A stretch of 64,000 nt of DNA from an uncultured Gemmatimonadales bacterium (GTDB lineage Bacteria > Gemmatimonadota > Gemmatimonadetes > Gemmatimonadales > GWC2-71-9): contig CAWFNY010000003.1 in NCBI GenBank assembly GCA_963817435.1, positions 133,065-197,064 on the forward strand, written 5' to 3'. Position 1 is the first letter of the stretch, and each line of letters begins with the position of its first letter. The notes under the pieces were generated by a model. It did no database searches, was not told the DNA's origin, and was given only the letters and a program-made list of their open reading frames with translations. Shown here one piece after another: positions 18,720 through 27,232 of the stretch. The position numbers and the translations under genes are program-made.

Positions 18720-19603
18720 CTAGCGCCGCTCGCCGACGCCCTCAAGCTTGTCCGCCCGGCCGCGCAGTTCGAACCCGGTCACCCTCCCCGCTGTCCGCGA
18801 GAATTCGAACACCTCATCCTCGAACACGTCGTAGATCGTGCCGTTCCGCAGTATCCCCATGATGAACCAGTCGTCCTTGAGGCGGATCAGCACAAAGCTG
18901 GCCAGTTCAGGATCAGGGGCCGGGGCCCAGTGGGCGATCAGCATGCCATTGTCATGGGTGAGCGTGATCGTCGACGGCGGCGTGGTGTCGCCCGCCTCCC
19001 TGGTGCTGTACGCATACGAGCCGAGGAAGGGCGCCGCGTCTTCGGCGGCGATGGGCGCCGGATGCGACGGCTGCACCTTCACATCAAGACTCACCCGCGT
19101 CGTGCCCCACTGCATCGCCAGCGTCGCGCCATCGACCCGCACGGCGGGGAACCACCAGGTAAGGACCTCCGTGAACGGTCGCGGTCGAGGTGTGCGTCGT
19201 GTAGCGGATCTGATCCGGCGCCGGCCCCGGATGCTTCATGTGGAAGAGGTGGGCCCGCGGATCGAGGACCACCGTCCACTGCTCCGGCTCGACCACCATC
19301 CACACCGAGTATTTCCCCTTGGGCACCGCGTGTCCGTCGAGTTCGATGTCCCGGTTCACCTCGAGCGTCGTCGCCCAGTTGGCGCCTGGAGTCCAGACCT
19401 CGTTCCACTTCACCTCTCCACCGAACAGCGAATCCCGGCCCCGCGCCTGGGGCCGGGAATACTCAACCGTGATCACCGTGCCGTCGACGGTCTGCGACAC
19501 CGACGCCTTCTCGCTGGCGCGGATCTGCGCCGCTCAGCGTCGCGGGAGACACGAGGCAGAGCGTGAAGGAGGCGCGGAGCAGGTGCCGGGTCAGCGGGGC
19601 CAT
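18720..19603 (-). pseudogene. DUF2911-type exported protein, split over three reading frames (two apparent frameshifts)
   Basis: A signal peptide MAPLTRHLLRASFTLCLVSPATLSG starts at ATG 19603 in one frame. The DUF2911-like core AAQIRASEKASVSQTVDGTVITVEYSRPQARGRDSLFGGEVKWNEVWTPGANWATTLEV is in a second frame, which carries TGA at 19534-19536 just upstream. The continuation FTEVLTWWFPAVRVDGATLAMQWGTTRVSLDVKV... is in a third frame running to 18720. Confidence 0.5.
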
Positions 19604-19663
19604 CGAACTATCCGGAGATCAGAGGAGAGGGAGGGGCGGACCACTGATCCACCCCGGCACGAG

Positions 19664-21763
19664 CTACCGCGGGAACGCCTCGGGGAGTCCGCCATCCACC
19701 GTCAGGAAATTTCCGGTCGTGTACTGGAACTTCCGGCTGGCGAGCAGCACCGCCAGGTCCGCCACCGCCTCGGTGGGGATCAGCGAGGCGCCCATCAGGT
19801 TGCGCTTGCGATAGACCTCGAGCTGCTCCTCGACCGTCACGCCCCGGCTCGCCGCCCGCTCCCTGACGAACTGCAGGAAGAGCGGCGTCTCCACCTGGTC
19901 GGCGTTGATGGAGTTGACCCGGATGTGGTCGGGGCCGAGTTCCACCGCCGCGACCCGGAGCGCCTGCAGCAGCGCCGCCTTGCTGCCGCCGTAGGCAACC
20001 GCCTCCTTGCCAGGCACCACCGCGGCCTTGGAGACCGAGGCCACGATCGAGCCGCCCAGTCCCTGTCGCCGCATGATCACCGCGGCGCGACCGACCGCCG
20101 CGACGGCGCCGAGATAGTGCACGTCGAGCTGGCGCTGCAGATCCTCTCGGCGGATCTCGGTGATCGGCGCGAAGCGTGGCGGCATTCCCGCAGTGTAGAA
20201 GAGGCAGTCGAGCCCGCCGAATTCGAGCACGGTACGCTGGAAGAGCGCGTCGAGACTGGCGTCGTCGCGCACGTCCACCGGACCGCCGATCGCGCGGCCC
20301 GGAAACTTGCCGGCGATCTCGCATGCGACCTTGCCGGCGACCGCGCCGTCGAGGTCCGCCACCACCACGTGCGCTCCCTCCTCGGCGAAACGCATCGCGG
20401 CCGTCTTCCCGATGCCGCTGCCGCCGCCGATCACCACCACCACATGCCGAGGCAGCAGCTTGCTGGCGCGCTCCCGGGCGAGCGTCTCCTCGATCTTCCG
20501 CCGCTCCAGGGGCCAGTGCTCGAACTCGAAGACGTCCGGCTCCGGGATGAACTGGAACCGGTCGATGCCTTCGGCGTTCTCGATCGATTCGAGGGTCGCG
20601 CGGTAGCAGAGATTGGCGGTGACCGCGTTCTTCTTGTCGCTGAAGGCGGTGATCACGCCGAGCCCGGGGGCGAGGATCACCTTGGCCCAGTCGTCGAGCG
20701 GTGCCTCGCCGGCCGCGGCATAGCGGCGATGATAGGCCTCGTACTCGGCGTGCTGCACCGCGATCTGGCTCTTCACCTGGGTGACCAGCGCGTCGGGGCC
20801 GGCCGCCAGGTCGAGATCGAGCCAGAGCGGAAGCCTGCCGGCGCGGAGCAGATGTTCCGGGGTCGCCATTCCGCGATGGACCAGTTCGGGCACCCGCTCA
20901 TGCCCGATGGTGTCGAGCAGCCGTTCGTCGTCGTCGAAGTGGAGTATCACCCGCTCGCCGGCACCGAGCGCACCGCGCACCGCGGGCAGCACCGCCTCCG
21001 CAAGGCGGCGTCGCTCCTCGGGAGCGGCCGCGGCCTTTGTGGCCTGCCCCAGCACCTTCCGGCCGCGGCGCGCAGTCGCAAGGTACTCGTCGATCCTGCT
21101 CACCACCCGCACCATGCGGGAGTAGCACTGCCGCACATCGTCGCCGAAGATCACCAGGCCGTGATGGGCGAGCGTCATGCCGATGGCGTTCGAGGGAATC
21201 GTGTGCACCATGCCGCCCACCGCGCGTGCCAGCGGAAAGCCGGGCCGGGTGTACGGCACGTAGACGATCTCACCCTCGAACAGCTCCGCGATCAGCCGCT
21301 CGGCGACGCCCTCACTCACGTTGGTGAGGCTCATCGTCGCCACGTCGTGGGTATGCGCGATCACCCGGTGCGGCAGCAGCGAGTGCAGTGGCGTCTCCAC
21401 GCTCGGCGCCGGGCCGTCGCCCAGCATGCATCCCGCCATGAAGCGCATCATCTCGGCGTCGGTCATCGCGTCGACCGTGCCGAGCGGCGCGAGCCGCGGC
21501 AGCGACAGCCGCGTGAAGCCGGCGCGGCCGATGGAGCGGAGGTCGGTACCGCTTCCCTTCACCAGCAGCGCGTCCACCTCGCCGCCATCGGGGGCGGGGA
21601 GCTTCATCTTGATGGAGGTGTTGCCCCCACCCGGCTGGACCAGCCGAGTCTCCAGGCCGAGGAGGTTGGAGAGATGGATCAGGCCATCGAGCGGATCGGA
21701 ACCGGGCGGGGCGCCGGCACCCCATCGGTCGGTGATGCTGGGAGTGGTGTTCGGGGTCGTCAT
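19664..21763 (-). CDS. bifunctional class II aldolase / short-chain dehydrogenase (RhaEW-like rhamnulose/fuculose-1-P aldolase-SDR fusion)
   Basis: The track ORF extends to 21985. In-frame ATG 21763 (MTTPNTTPSITDRWG) gives 699 aa. The N-terminal half is aldolase_II-like (GGGNTSIK...HTHD). The C-terminal half is SDR (VVVIGGGSGIGKTAA, YGGSKAAL = YxxxK). Confidence 0.8.
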   Translation of the reverse strand: MTTPNTTPSITDRWGAGAPPGSDPLDGLIHLSNLLGLETRLVQPGGGNTSIKMKLPAPDGGEVDALLVKGSGTDLRSIGRAGFTRLSLPRLAPLGTVDAMTDAEMMRFMAGCMLGDGPAPSVETPLHSLLPHRVIAHTHDVATMSLTNVSEGVAERLIAELFEGEIVYVPYTRPGFPLARAVGGMVHTIPSNAIGMTLAHHGLVIFGDDVRQCYSRMVRVVSRIDEYLATARRGRKVLGQATKAAAAPEERRRLAEAVLPAVRGALGAGERVILHFDDDERLLDTIGHERVPELVHRGMATPEHLLRAGRLPLWLDLDLAAGPDALVTQVKSQIAVQHAEYEAYHRRYAAAGEAPLDDWAKVILAPGLGVITAFSDKKNAVTANLCYRATLESIENAEGIDRFQFIPEPDVFEFEHWPLERRKIEETLARERASKLLPRHVVVVIGGGSGIGKTAAMRFAEEGAHVVVADLDGAVAGKVACEIAGKFPGRAIGGPVDVRDDASLDALFQRTVLEFGGLDCLFYTAGMPPRFAPITEIRREDLQRQLDVHYLGAVAAVGRAAVIMRRQGLGGSIVASVSKAAVVPGKEAVAYGGSKAALLQALRVAAVELGPDHIRVNSINADQVETPLFLQFVRERAASRGVTVEEQLEVYRKRNLMGASLIPTEAVADLAVLLASRKFQYTTGNFLTVDGGLPEAFPR

Positions 21764-21832
21764 GGCGGGGAATAATGGGGTGTTCGGTTCTCGGGCGCGA
21801 GCGCCATGGCGGGCTGGCGACCGCGGCGACCG

Positions 21833-21844
21833 GCCTGCATCTTC
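21833..21844 (+). promoter_or_regulatory. copy 1 of the 12-mer GCCTGCATCTTC in the divergent intergenic region
   Basis: Exact 12-mer, also at 23508 and 27214. Lies 226 nt upstream of the BNR-propeller ATG (22070). Function unknown. Confidence 0.25.
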
Positions 21845-22069
21845 ATATTCGCGGGGGCGCCTGACGGCATCCCCGGAAGCCGCCCTGCCCGTCGCGCCCC
21901 CGCGACGACTCGGCTTCAGCCGCGGAAATGGTCGCGAGCACCCGTCGCTGTACGCTCTCGCCTTCCTCACGGTCGCCTTCGCCATCCCTCCTCACATCCC
22001 GCGAGGGCGAAGCCGCGTGGCCACGGTCCATCCGACGACAGACCCAACACAGAGGGGCAAGGAGCGACC

Positions 22070-23185
22070 ATGAGCCGGATTCGCCTGCTGGTCGGAACCC
22101 GGAAGGGTGCCTTCATTCTCACCTCGGATGGCGCCCGCAAACAGTGGAGCGTGGCCGGTCCGCACTTCGGAGGATGGGAGATCTACCACCTCAAAGGCTC
22201 GCCGGTGCACCCGGACCGGCTCTATGCCTCACAGACCAGTGGCTGGTTCGGGCAGCTCATCCAGCGCTCTGACGACGGCGGCAAGAGCTGGGAGCCGATG
22301 GACAACAAGTTCGCCTACGACGGCACGCCCGGCACGCACCAGTGGTACGACGGCACCCAGCATCCCTGGGAGTTCAAGCGGGTGTGGCACCTGGAACCGT
22401 CGCTCTCCGATCCCGACACCGTGTATGCGGGGGTGGAGGACGCGGCGATGTTCCGTACCACCGACGGGGGCAGGAGCTGGGCGGAACTCCCCGGACTCCG
22501 GAGCGCCAAGGGGCATCTCTGGCAGCCAGGCGCCGGCGGGATGGGGCTGCATACGATCGTGCAGGACCCGACCAATCCGAAGCGGCTGTTCATCGCGATC
22601 TCGGCGGCGGGGGCCTTCCGGACCGATGACGGCGGCCAGAGCTGGGTGCCGATCAACAAGGGCCTCGAGTCCAAGTATCCGCTCCCTGACCCTGCCGCCG
22701 AAGTGGGGCACTGCGTGCACCGGATCGCGATGAATCCGAAGCGACCGGGCGTGCTCTTCATGCAGAAGCACTGGGATGTGCTGCGGAGCGACGATGCCGG
22801 AGCCTCCTGGCGGGAAATCAGCGGCGACCTGCCCACCGACTTCGGCTTCCCGATCGCGGTGAACGCCAACGAACCGGAGACCGTCTACGTCATCCCGATC
22901 AAGAGCGACTCGGAACACTATCCGCCGGACGCGAAGCTCCGGGTGTACCGGAGCAAGACGGGTGGCAACGAGTGGGAGCCGCTCACGAAGGGGCTGCCGC
23001 AGCAGGACTGCTACGTCAACGTGCTTCGCGGGGCGATGAGCGTGGATTCGCTGGACAAGTGCGGCATCTACTTCGGGACGACGGGCGGGCAGGTCTACGG
23101 CTCCGCCGATGGCGGCGACAGCTGGACGGCGATTGTACGGGACCTGCCGGCGGTGCTCTCGGTGGAGGCGCAGACCCTGGCATGA
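22070..23185 (+). CDS. BNR/Asp-box repeat beta-propeller protein (sialidase-fold / Ycf48-like)
   Basis: The track ORF starts at 21806. ATG 22070 follows the SD AAGGAG (22059-22064). 371 aa. Asp-boxes: [40 protein letters not shown]. Confidence 0.7.
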   Translation: MSRIRLLVGTRKGAFILTSDGARKQWSVAGPHFGGWEIYHLKGSPVHPDRLYASQTSGWFGQLIQRSDDGGKSWEPMDNKFAYDGTPGTHQWYDGTQHPWEFKRVWHLEPSLSDPDTVYAGVEDAAMFRTTDGGRSWAELPGLRSAKGHLWQPGAGGMGLHTIVQDPTNPKRLFIAISAAGAFRTDDGGQSWVPINKGLESKYPLPDPAAEVGHCVHRIAMNPKRPGVLFMQKHWDVLRSDDAGASWREISGDLPTDFGFPIAVNANEPETVYVIPIKSDSEHYPPDAKLRVYRSKTGGNEWEPLTKGLPQQDCYVNVLRGAMSVDSLDKCGIYFGTTGGQVYGSADGGDSWTAIVRDLPAVLSVEAQTLA

Positions 23186-23478
23186 TCCGGGTGATCCTGC
23201 CGGAGCATCTCCGGCGGCTGGCCGGCGTGACGGATGAAGTGATGCTGGATGTCGGCGCACCGGTCTCGCAGCAGAGCGTACTCGACGCGCTGGAGGCGCG
23301 GTATCCGATGCTCCGCGGCACCGTCCGCGACCATGTGACGCACAAGCGCCGGGCGTTCATCCGGTTCTTCGCCGGCGGAGTGGACCTCTCCCACGAGCCA
23401 GGTGATGCCCCGCTGCCGGCAGCGGTGCTCGCGGGCGAGGAGCCGTTCATGGTCGTGGGGGCCATCGCAGGAGGATAG
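23182..23478 (+). CDS. MoaD/ThiS-family ubiquitin-fold protein ending in Gly-Gly
   Basis: ATG 23182 overlaps the upstream TGA (ATGA). 98 aa, [15 protein letters not shown]...[10 protein letters not shown]-stop. Beta-grasp sulfur-carrier-like size and C-terminal GG. Confidence 0.65.
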   Translation: MIRVILPEHLRRLAGVTDEVMLDVGAPVSQQSVLDALEARYPMLRGTVRDHVTHKRRAFIRFFAGGVDLSHEPGDAPLPAAVLAGEEPFMVVGAIAGG

Positions 23479-23505
23479 GGCGAGGCGGCTCGCGCAATCC
23501 TCCGG

Positions 23506-26178
23506 ATGCCTGCATCTTCTCTCCGTGTGACCCCTCCCCCCGACCGCCTCGCCGCCGCCCTCGCCGACCGCTACCGCATCGAGCGCGAAGTCGGCCACGG
23601 CGGCATGGCCACCGTCTATCTGGCGCAGGATCTCCGGCACGACCGCAAGGTCGCGCTCAAGGTGCTGCGCCCCGAGCTCGCCGCCGTCATCGGCGCCGAA
23701 CGATTCCTCGCGGAGATCAAGACCACGGCGAACCTGCAGCACCCGCACATCCTGGCGCTGTTCGACTCGGGGCAGGTGGACGGCACCGTTTTCTACGTGA
23801 TGCCGTACGTGGAGGGCGAGTCACTCCGCGACCGCCTGACACGGGAGAAGCAGCTCCCCATCGAGGATGCCGTCCGCACGGCGCGGGAAGTCGCCGACGC
23901 GCTCGAGTACGCCCACGAGCATGGGGTCATCCACCGCGACATCAAGCCGGAGAACATCCTCCTCCACGGCGGCCACGCCCTGGTGGCCGACTTCGGGATC
24001 GCGCTCGCCGCGGCCACCACCGCCGGCACCCGCATGACCGAGACCGGCATGTCGCTCGGCACGCCGACCTACATGAGCCCCGAACAGGCCATGGGGGAGC
24101 GGAATCTCGACGCCCGCACCGACATCTACGCGCTCGGCTGCGTCGCGTACGAGATGCTCACCGGTGAACCGCCCTTCAGCGGGCCCACCGCCCAGGCGAT
24201 CGTCGCCAAGGTGATGACGGCCTCACCCGAACCGGTCACGACCCTCCGAAAGACGGTGCCGCCGCACGTTGCGCGCGCCGTGCATCGGGCCATCGAGAAG
24301 CTCCCCGCCGATCGCTTCCCCACCGCGGCGGCCTTCAGTGTCGCCCTCGTTACCGAGGGCGGCGCGGCCACCTGGCAGGGCCAGTCGCCCCCCCTGCCGT
24401 CGCGGGTGGCCGGCGTGTGGCCGCTGGGGCTCGTCGCGGTGCTCGCCACTGTGGCGGCGTTCGCGCTCGGACGGCGCACCGGCCACGCCGGGGCAGGGCC
24501 GGCCGTCTTCGACGCCGCGCTGCCTGACAGTACCCCGATGACCTTCACGGCGACCAACTCGATCCAGACCTATGGAACCTCGTTCAGGAACATGTCCGTT
24601 TCCGCGCGGGGGGACTTCGCGGTCTACGTCGCGCGGCAGGGGGACTCCACACTCCTGTGGTACCGGAGCCTTCGCGACGCCACCGTGCGTCCGATCCTCG
24701 GCAGCCGGGGCGGGACCTCGCCGCGCATCTCGCCGGATGGCTCGCGGGTGGCCTACCTGGTCGGGGACCGAACCCTCGTGCTGCCGATTGGCGGCGGCGA
24801 GCCCCGCCGGCTGCTCGAAGGCAAGAACAGTAGCTCGATGGACTGGTTCTCGAACCAGCAAGTCTTCGTCGCCGACCTCGACGGCAACCGGCTGAACTGG
24901 CTCGATCCTGAAGGCGGGACGGTCCGCACCAAGGAGATTCCCCGCTGCGTATCCGGGCAATGGATCCCGGAGCTCAAGCAGTTGATCTGCTCCTTCAACC
25001 GGCTCGGCACGCTGGTCGAACCGGAGACCGGCCGGCGCTGGAACGTCCTGACCACCCAGGCCGGCGGCGCCCCGGGCCCGGCGCTGGTGGGCTCCGCCTT
25101 CCGTATCATCGAGAAGCGTTACCTGGTCTACCTGGGCGTGGATGGCAGCCTGATGGCGGCCGCCTACGACCCGGCACGCCACCAGGTGCTCCGGTCTGTA
25201 TCCCTGGTCTCCGGCATCCGGCGGGAGGCAATCGGCGACGCGCAATACGACCTGTCCGCCGACGGAACCCTGGTCTACGCGCCGGGGGTGGACGCCACGG
25301 TCGGACACATGGTGAGCCTGAATCGCGGCGGAACTCCGCAGCTCTTGCCGGTGGAATCGGCGGATTTCCAGCGCTATGATCTGAGCCCCGATCGGCGCTG
25401 GCTGGCCGCCGTGGTGCAGGCAAACAACGGCATGGAGCTCAGGATCTACGATCTTCGCAACGGGCAGCGGTACGTCTGGCTGACGCGGGAATCGCTCCGT
25501 CACCCGCTCTGGAGCAGCGATGGCCTTCGACTGCTCATCGGCACGCGGGACACCGCCCAGTGGAAGATCGAACTCGGCGCCCCGAGTTCCGGCGTGCTGC
25601 CGCAGACCCTGGCGGCCTTTGGCACCGACCCCGCCGATGCGCTGCCCACCAATCCCGATCCCGTGGACTGGCACGACGAGCATAGCGCCCTGGCCATGGA
25701 CTGGAACGCATCACTCGTTCTGCGCTTCGACCCTTCCGCCGCCAAGCGTGTCTTCGACACGGTGGCCACCGGCGCACGGTTCCCCTCGCTCTCGCCGAAT
25801 GGCAAGCTGCTTCTCTGGCAGACCACCGATGGCAGCCGCATCGTGGTCTCCGCCTTTCCAGTCCCCGGGCGCCAGTGGCAGATCTCCTCCGATGGCGTCG
25901 AGCCGCTCTGGCTCTCGCCGACCGAGGTGCTGTACCGCGCCGGAGTCTCCTGGTTCGTGGCGCACGTCAATCCGGAGACCGGCGAGCCGGCCGGCGCCCC
26001 GACCTTCTGGGCGCGCGATCCCCGCTTCTCCGACACGTCAGGCTGGTCCAACCGTCCTTCGCACGATGGCGGCATCATCTATGTCGAGGGGCCGGCGCAG
26101 ACGAGCACCGGCTATCTCCGGGTGATTCCGGGATGGGTGGCGCGGCTGAAAGCCGCGGTGGACTCGGCGAATCGGTGA
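23506..26178 (+). CDS. receptor Ser/Thr protein kinase K1 (kinase-TM-TolB/PD40-like propeller), head subfamily A
   Basis: 890 aa; alternative GTG start at 23527. VGHGGMATVY, VALKVL, HRDIKPEN, DFG, YMSPEQ. TM helix VWPLGLVAVLATVAAFALG. SPDG-type blade motifs. Tail VIPGWVARLKAAV. Confidence 0.9.
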   Translation: MPASSLRVTPPPDRLAAALADRYRIEREVGHGGMATVYLAQDLRHDRKVALKVLRPELAAVIGAERFLAEIKTTANLQHPHILALFDSGQVDGTVFYVMPYVEGESLRDRLTREKQLPIEDAVRTAREVADALEYAHEHGVIHRDIKPENILLHGGHALVADFGIALAAATTAGTRMTETGMSLGTPTYMSPEQAMGERNLDARTDIYALGCVAYEMLTGEPPFSGPTAQAIVAKVMTASPEPVTTLRKTVPPHVARAVHRAIEKLPADRFPTAAAFSVALVTEGGAATWQGQSPPLPSRVAGVWPLGLVAVLATVAAFALGRRTGHAGAGPAVFDAALPDSTPMTFTATNSIQTYGTSFRNMSVSARGDFAVYVARQGDSTLLWYRSLRDATVRPILGSRGGTSPRISPDGSRVAYLVGDRTLVLPIGGGEPRRLLEGKNSSSMDWFSNQQVFVADLDGNRLNWLDPEGGTVRTKEIPRCVSGQWIPELKQLICSFNRLGTLVEPETGRRWNVLTTQAGGAPGPALVGSAFRIIEKRYLVYLGVDGSLMAAAYDPARHQVLRSVSLVSGIRREAIGDAQYDLSADGTLVYAPGVDATVGHMVSLNRGGTPQLLPVESADFQRYDLSPDRRWLAAVVQANNGMELRIYDLRNGQRYVWLTRESLRHPLWSSDGLRLLIGTRDTAQWKIELGAPSSGVLPQTLAAFGTDPADALPTNPDPVDWHDEHSALAMDWNASLVLRFDPSAAKRVFDTVATGARFPSLSPNGKLLLWQTTDGSRIVVSAFPVPGRQWQISSDGVEPLWLSPTEVLYRAGVSWFVAHVNPETGEPAGAPTFWARDPRFSDTSGWSNRPSHDGGIIYVEGPAQTSTGYLRVIPGWVARLKAAVDSANR
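23508..23519 (+). promoter_or_regulatory. copy 2 of the 12-mer GCCTGCATCTTC, 7 nt before GTG 23527 of kinase K1
   Basis: Exact 12-mer. Spacing to the GTGACC start context (7 nt) is identical to copy 3. Confidence 0.3.
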
Positions 26179-26230
26179 GCGTACCTTCGGAACGGCTCGC
26201 CGCGCATCTCACGACCCGGCATTTCACTCT

Positions 26231-27025
26231 TCAGCTCTTGTCCTCGCGGGGGAGGACAACGAAGCTCACCGGCAGCCGGGTCAGCTGCCGCACCGCGTGT
26301 TCGCCGTAGCGGGCTGGACTGAAGCGGGCTTCGACAATGCCCTCTCGGACGGCGGTGACGAAAGCCTCATGCGTGGTCGACAAGACCTCGATCGAGGTCT
26401 CCTCCACCAGACCGAGGGTATCGACGATGAACTGGATCGTCACCCGCCCCCCGATGCCGGCGGCCAGCAGCGCTCGGGGATGGATGAAGCGGGGCCGAAC
26501 CACGAGATCCGCTGGCACGAACCGGGCGTCCTCCAGCTCCATCGAATAGAGCGCATTGCCCAGGCTGCCCTCGGGTATCGGCTGGTCCGCAGACCCTGTG
26601 CCCCCTACCACGCCCCAACCCACCCCGCCTTCCACTCCGTGTCCGGTGAAATCCCGCGGGTCGAGGAATCGCTGATTCGGATCCACCGAAGGGATGCCCG
26701 TCGGAACGGTCGACACCGCATCGATCACCTGGAACCCGCGCGGGGGTGGATTGGCGGAGAGCACCATTCCGCTGCCCTCCCCGCCACCGCCCGCGCCACC
26801 GGGACGGCCGGCCTGACGCGGCGCGGACTGGGCCACCGCCGGCGGACCGAGCCGGGGAAGGAAGATGAGCGTGGTATCGTCGACCGCCCGCTGTTCGATC
26901 TTGACGGGGCTGCGCGTGCCTATCACGCAGAGTGTGAGGGCGGCAATATGGAGTAGTGAGGCACCGACGAAGGAAGCAGGCTTGGCCTGCGCTCCAGGGC
27001 GGGAGGCAACCAGGACTTCCAGCAT
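26231..27025 (-). CDS. TonB-family energy transducer (TonB_C domain)
   Basis: The track ORF extends to 27346 and would overlap K2. ATG 27025 gives MLEVLVASRPG..., TM helix ASLLHIAALTLCVIG, a Pro/Gly-rich linker and a C-terminal GGRVTIQFIVDTLGLVEE...ARFSPA. 264 aa. Confidence 0.7.
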   Translation of the reverse strand: MLEVLVASRPGAQAKPASFVGASLLHIAALTLCVIGTRSPVKIEQRAVDDTTLIFLPRLGPPAVAQSAPRQAGRPGGAGGGGEGSGMVLSANPPPRGFQVIDAVSTVPTGIPSVDPNQRFLDPRDFTGHGVEGGVGWGVVGGTGSADQPIPEGSLGNALYSMELEDARFVPADLVVRPRFIHPRALLAAGIGGRVTIQFIVDTLGLVEETSIEVLSTTHEAFVTAVREGIVEARFSPARYGEHAVRQLTRLPVSFVVLPREDKS

Positions 27026-27213
27026 AGGGCCTCCAGGCAGCTGGCGATACCATGGTAGCACCGCGCCGCAGAGGAGGTGATGACGGGAGCCTGAATTCTG
27101 CTTCAGCAGGATCCCGCAGAATCCCTCAGGGATCGCTCGATCGGCTCTTCCGGTGCCTGGCTGCAGCGGTACCACGCCACCGACCAGCCCCCGACTCGCG
27201 ACGACGGGCCAAA

Positions 27214-27225
27214 GCCTGCATCTTC
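27214..27225 (+). promoter_or_regulatory. copy 3 of the 12-mer GCCTGCATCTTC, 7 nt before GTG 27233 of kinase K2
   Basis: Exact 12-mer in the 207-nt divergent region between the TonB-like gene and K2. Confidence 0.3.
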
Positions 27226-27232
27226 TGTCGCT

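Noticed and set aside
26179-26230. Convergent spacer between K1 and the TonB-like gene, examined for a terminator.
   Set aside because: I could find no stem of 6 bp or more with a reasonable loop.
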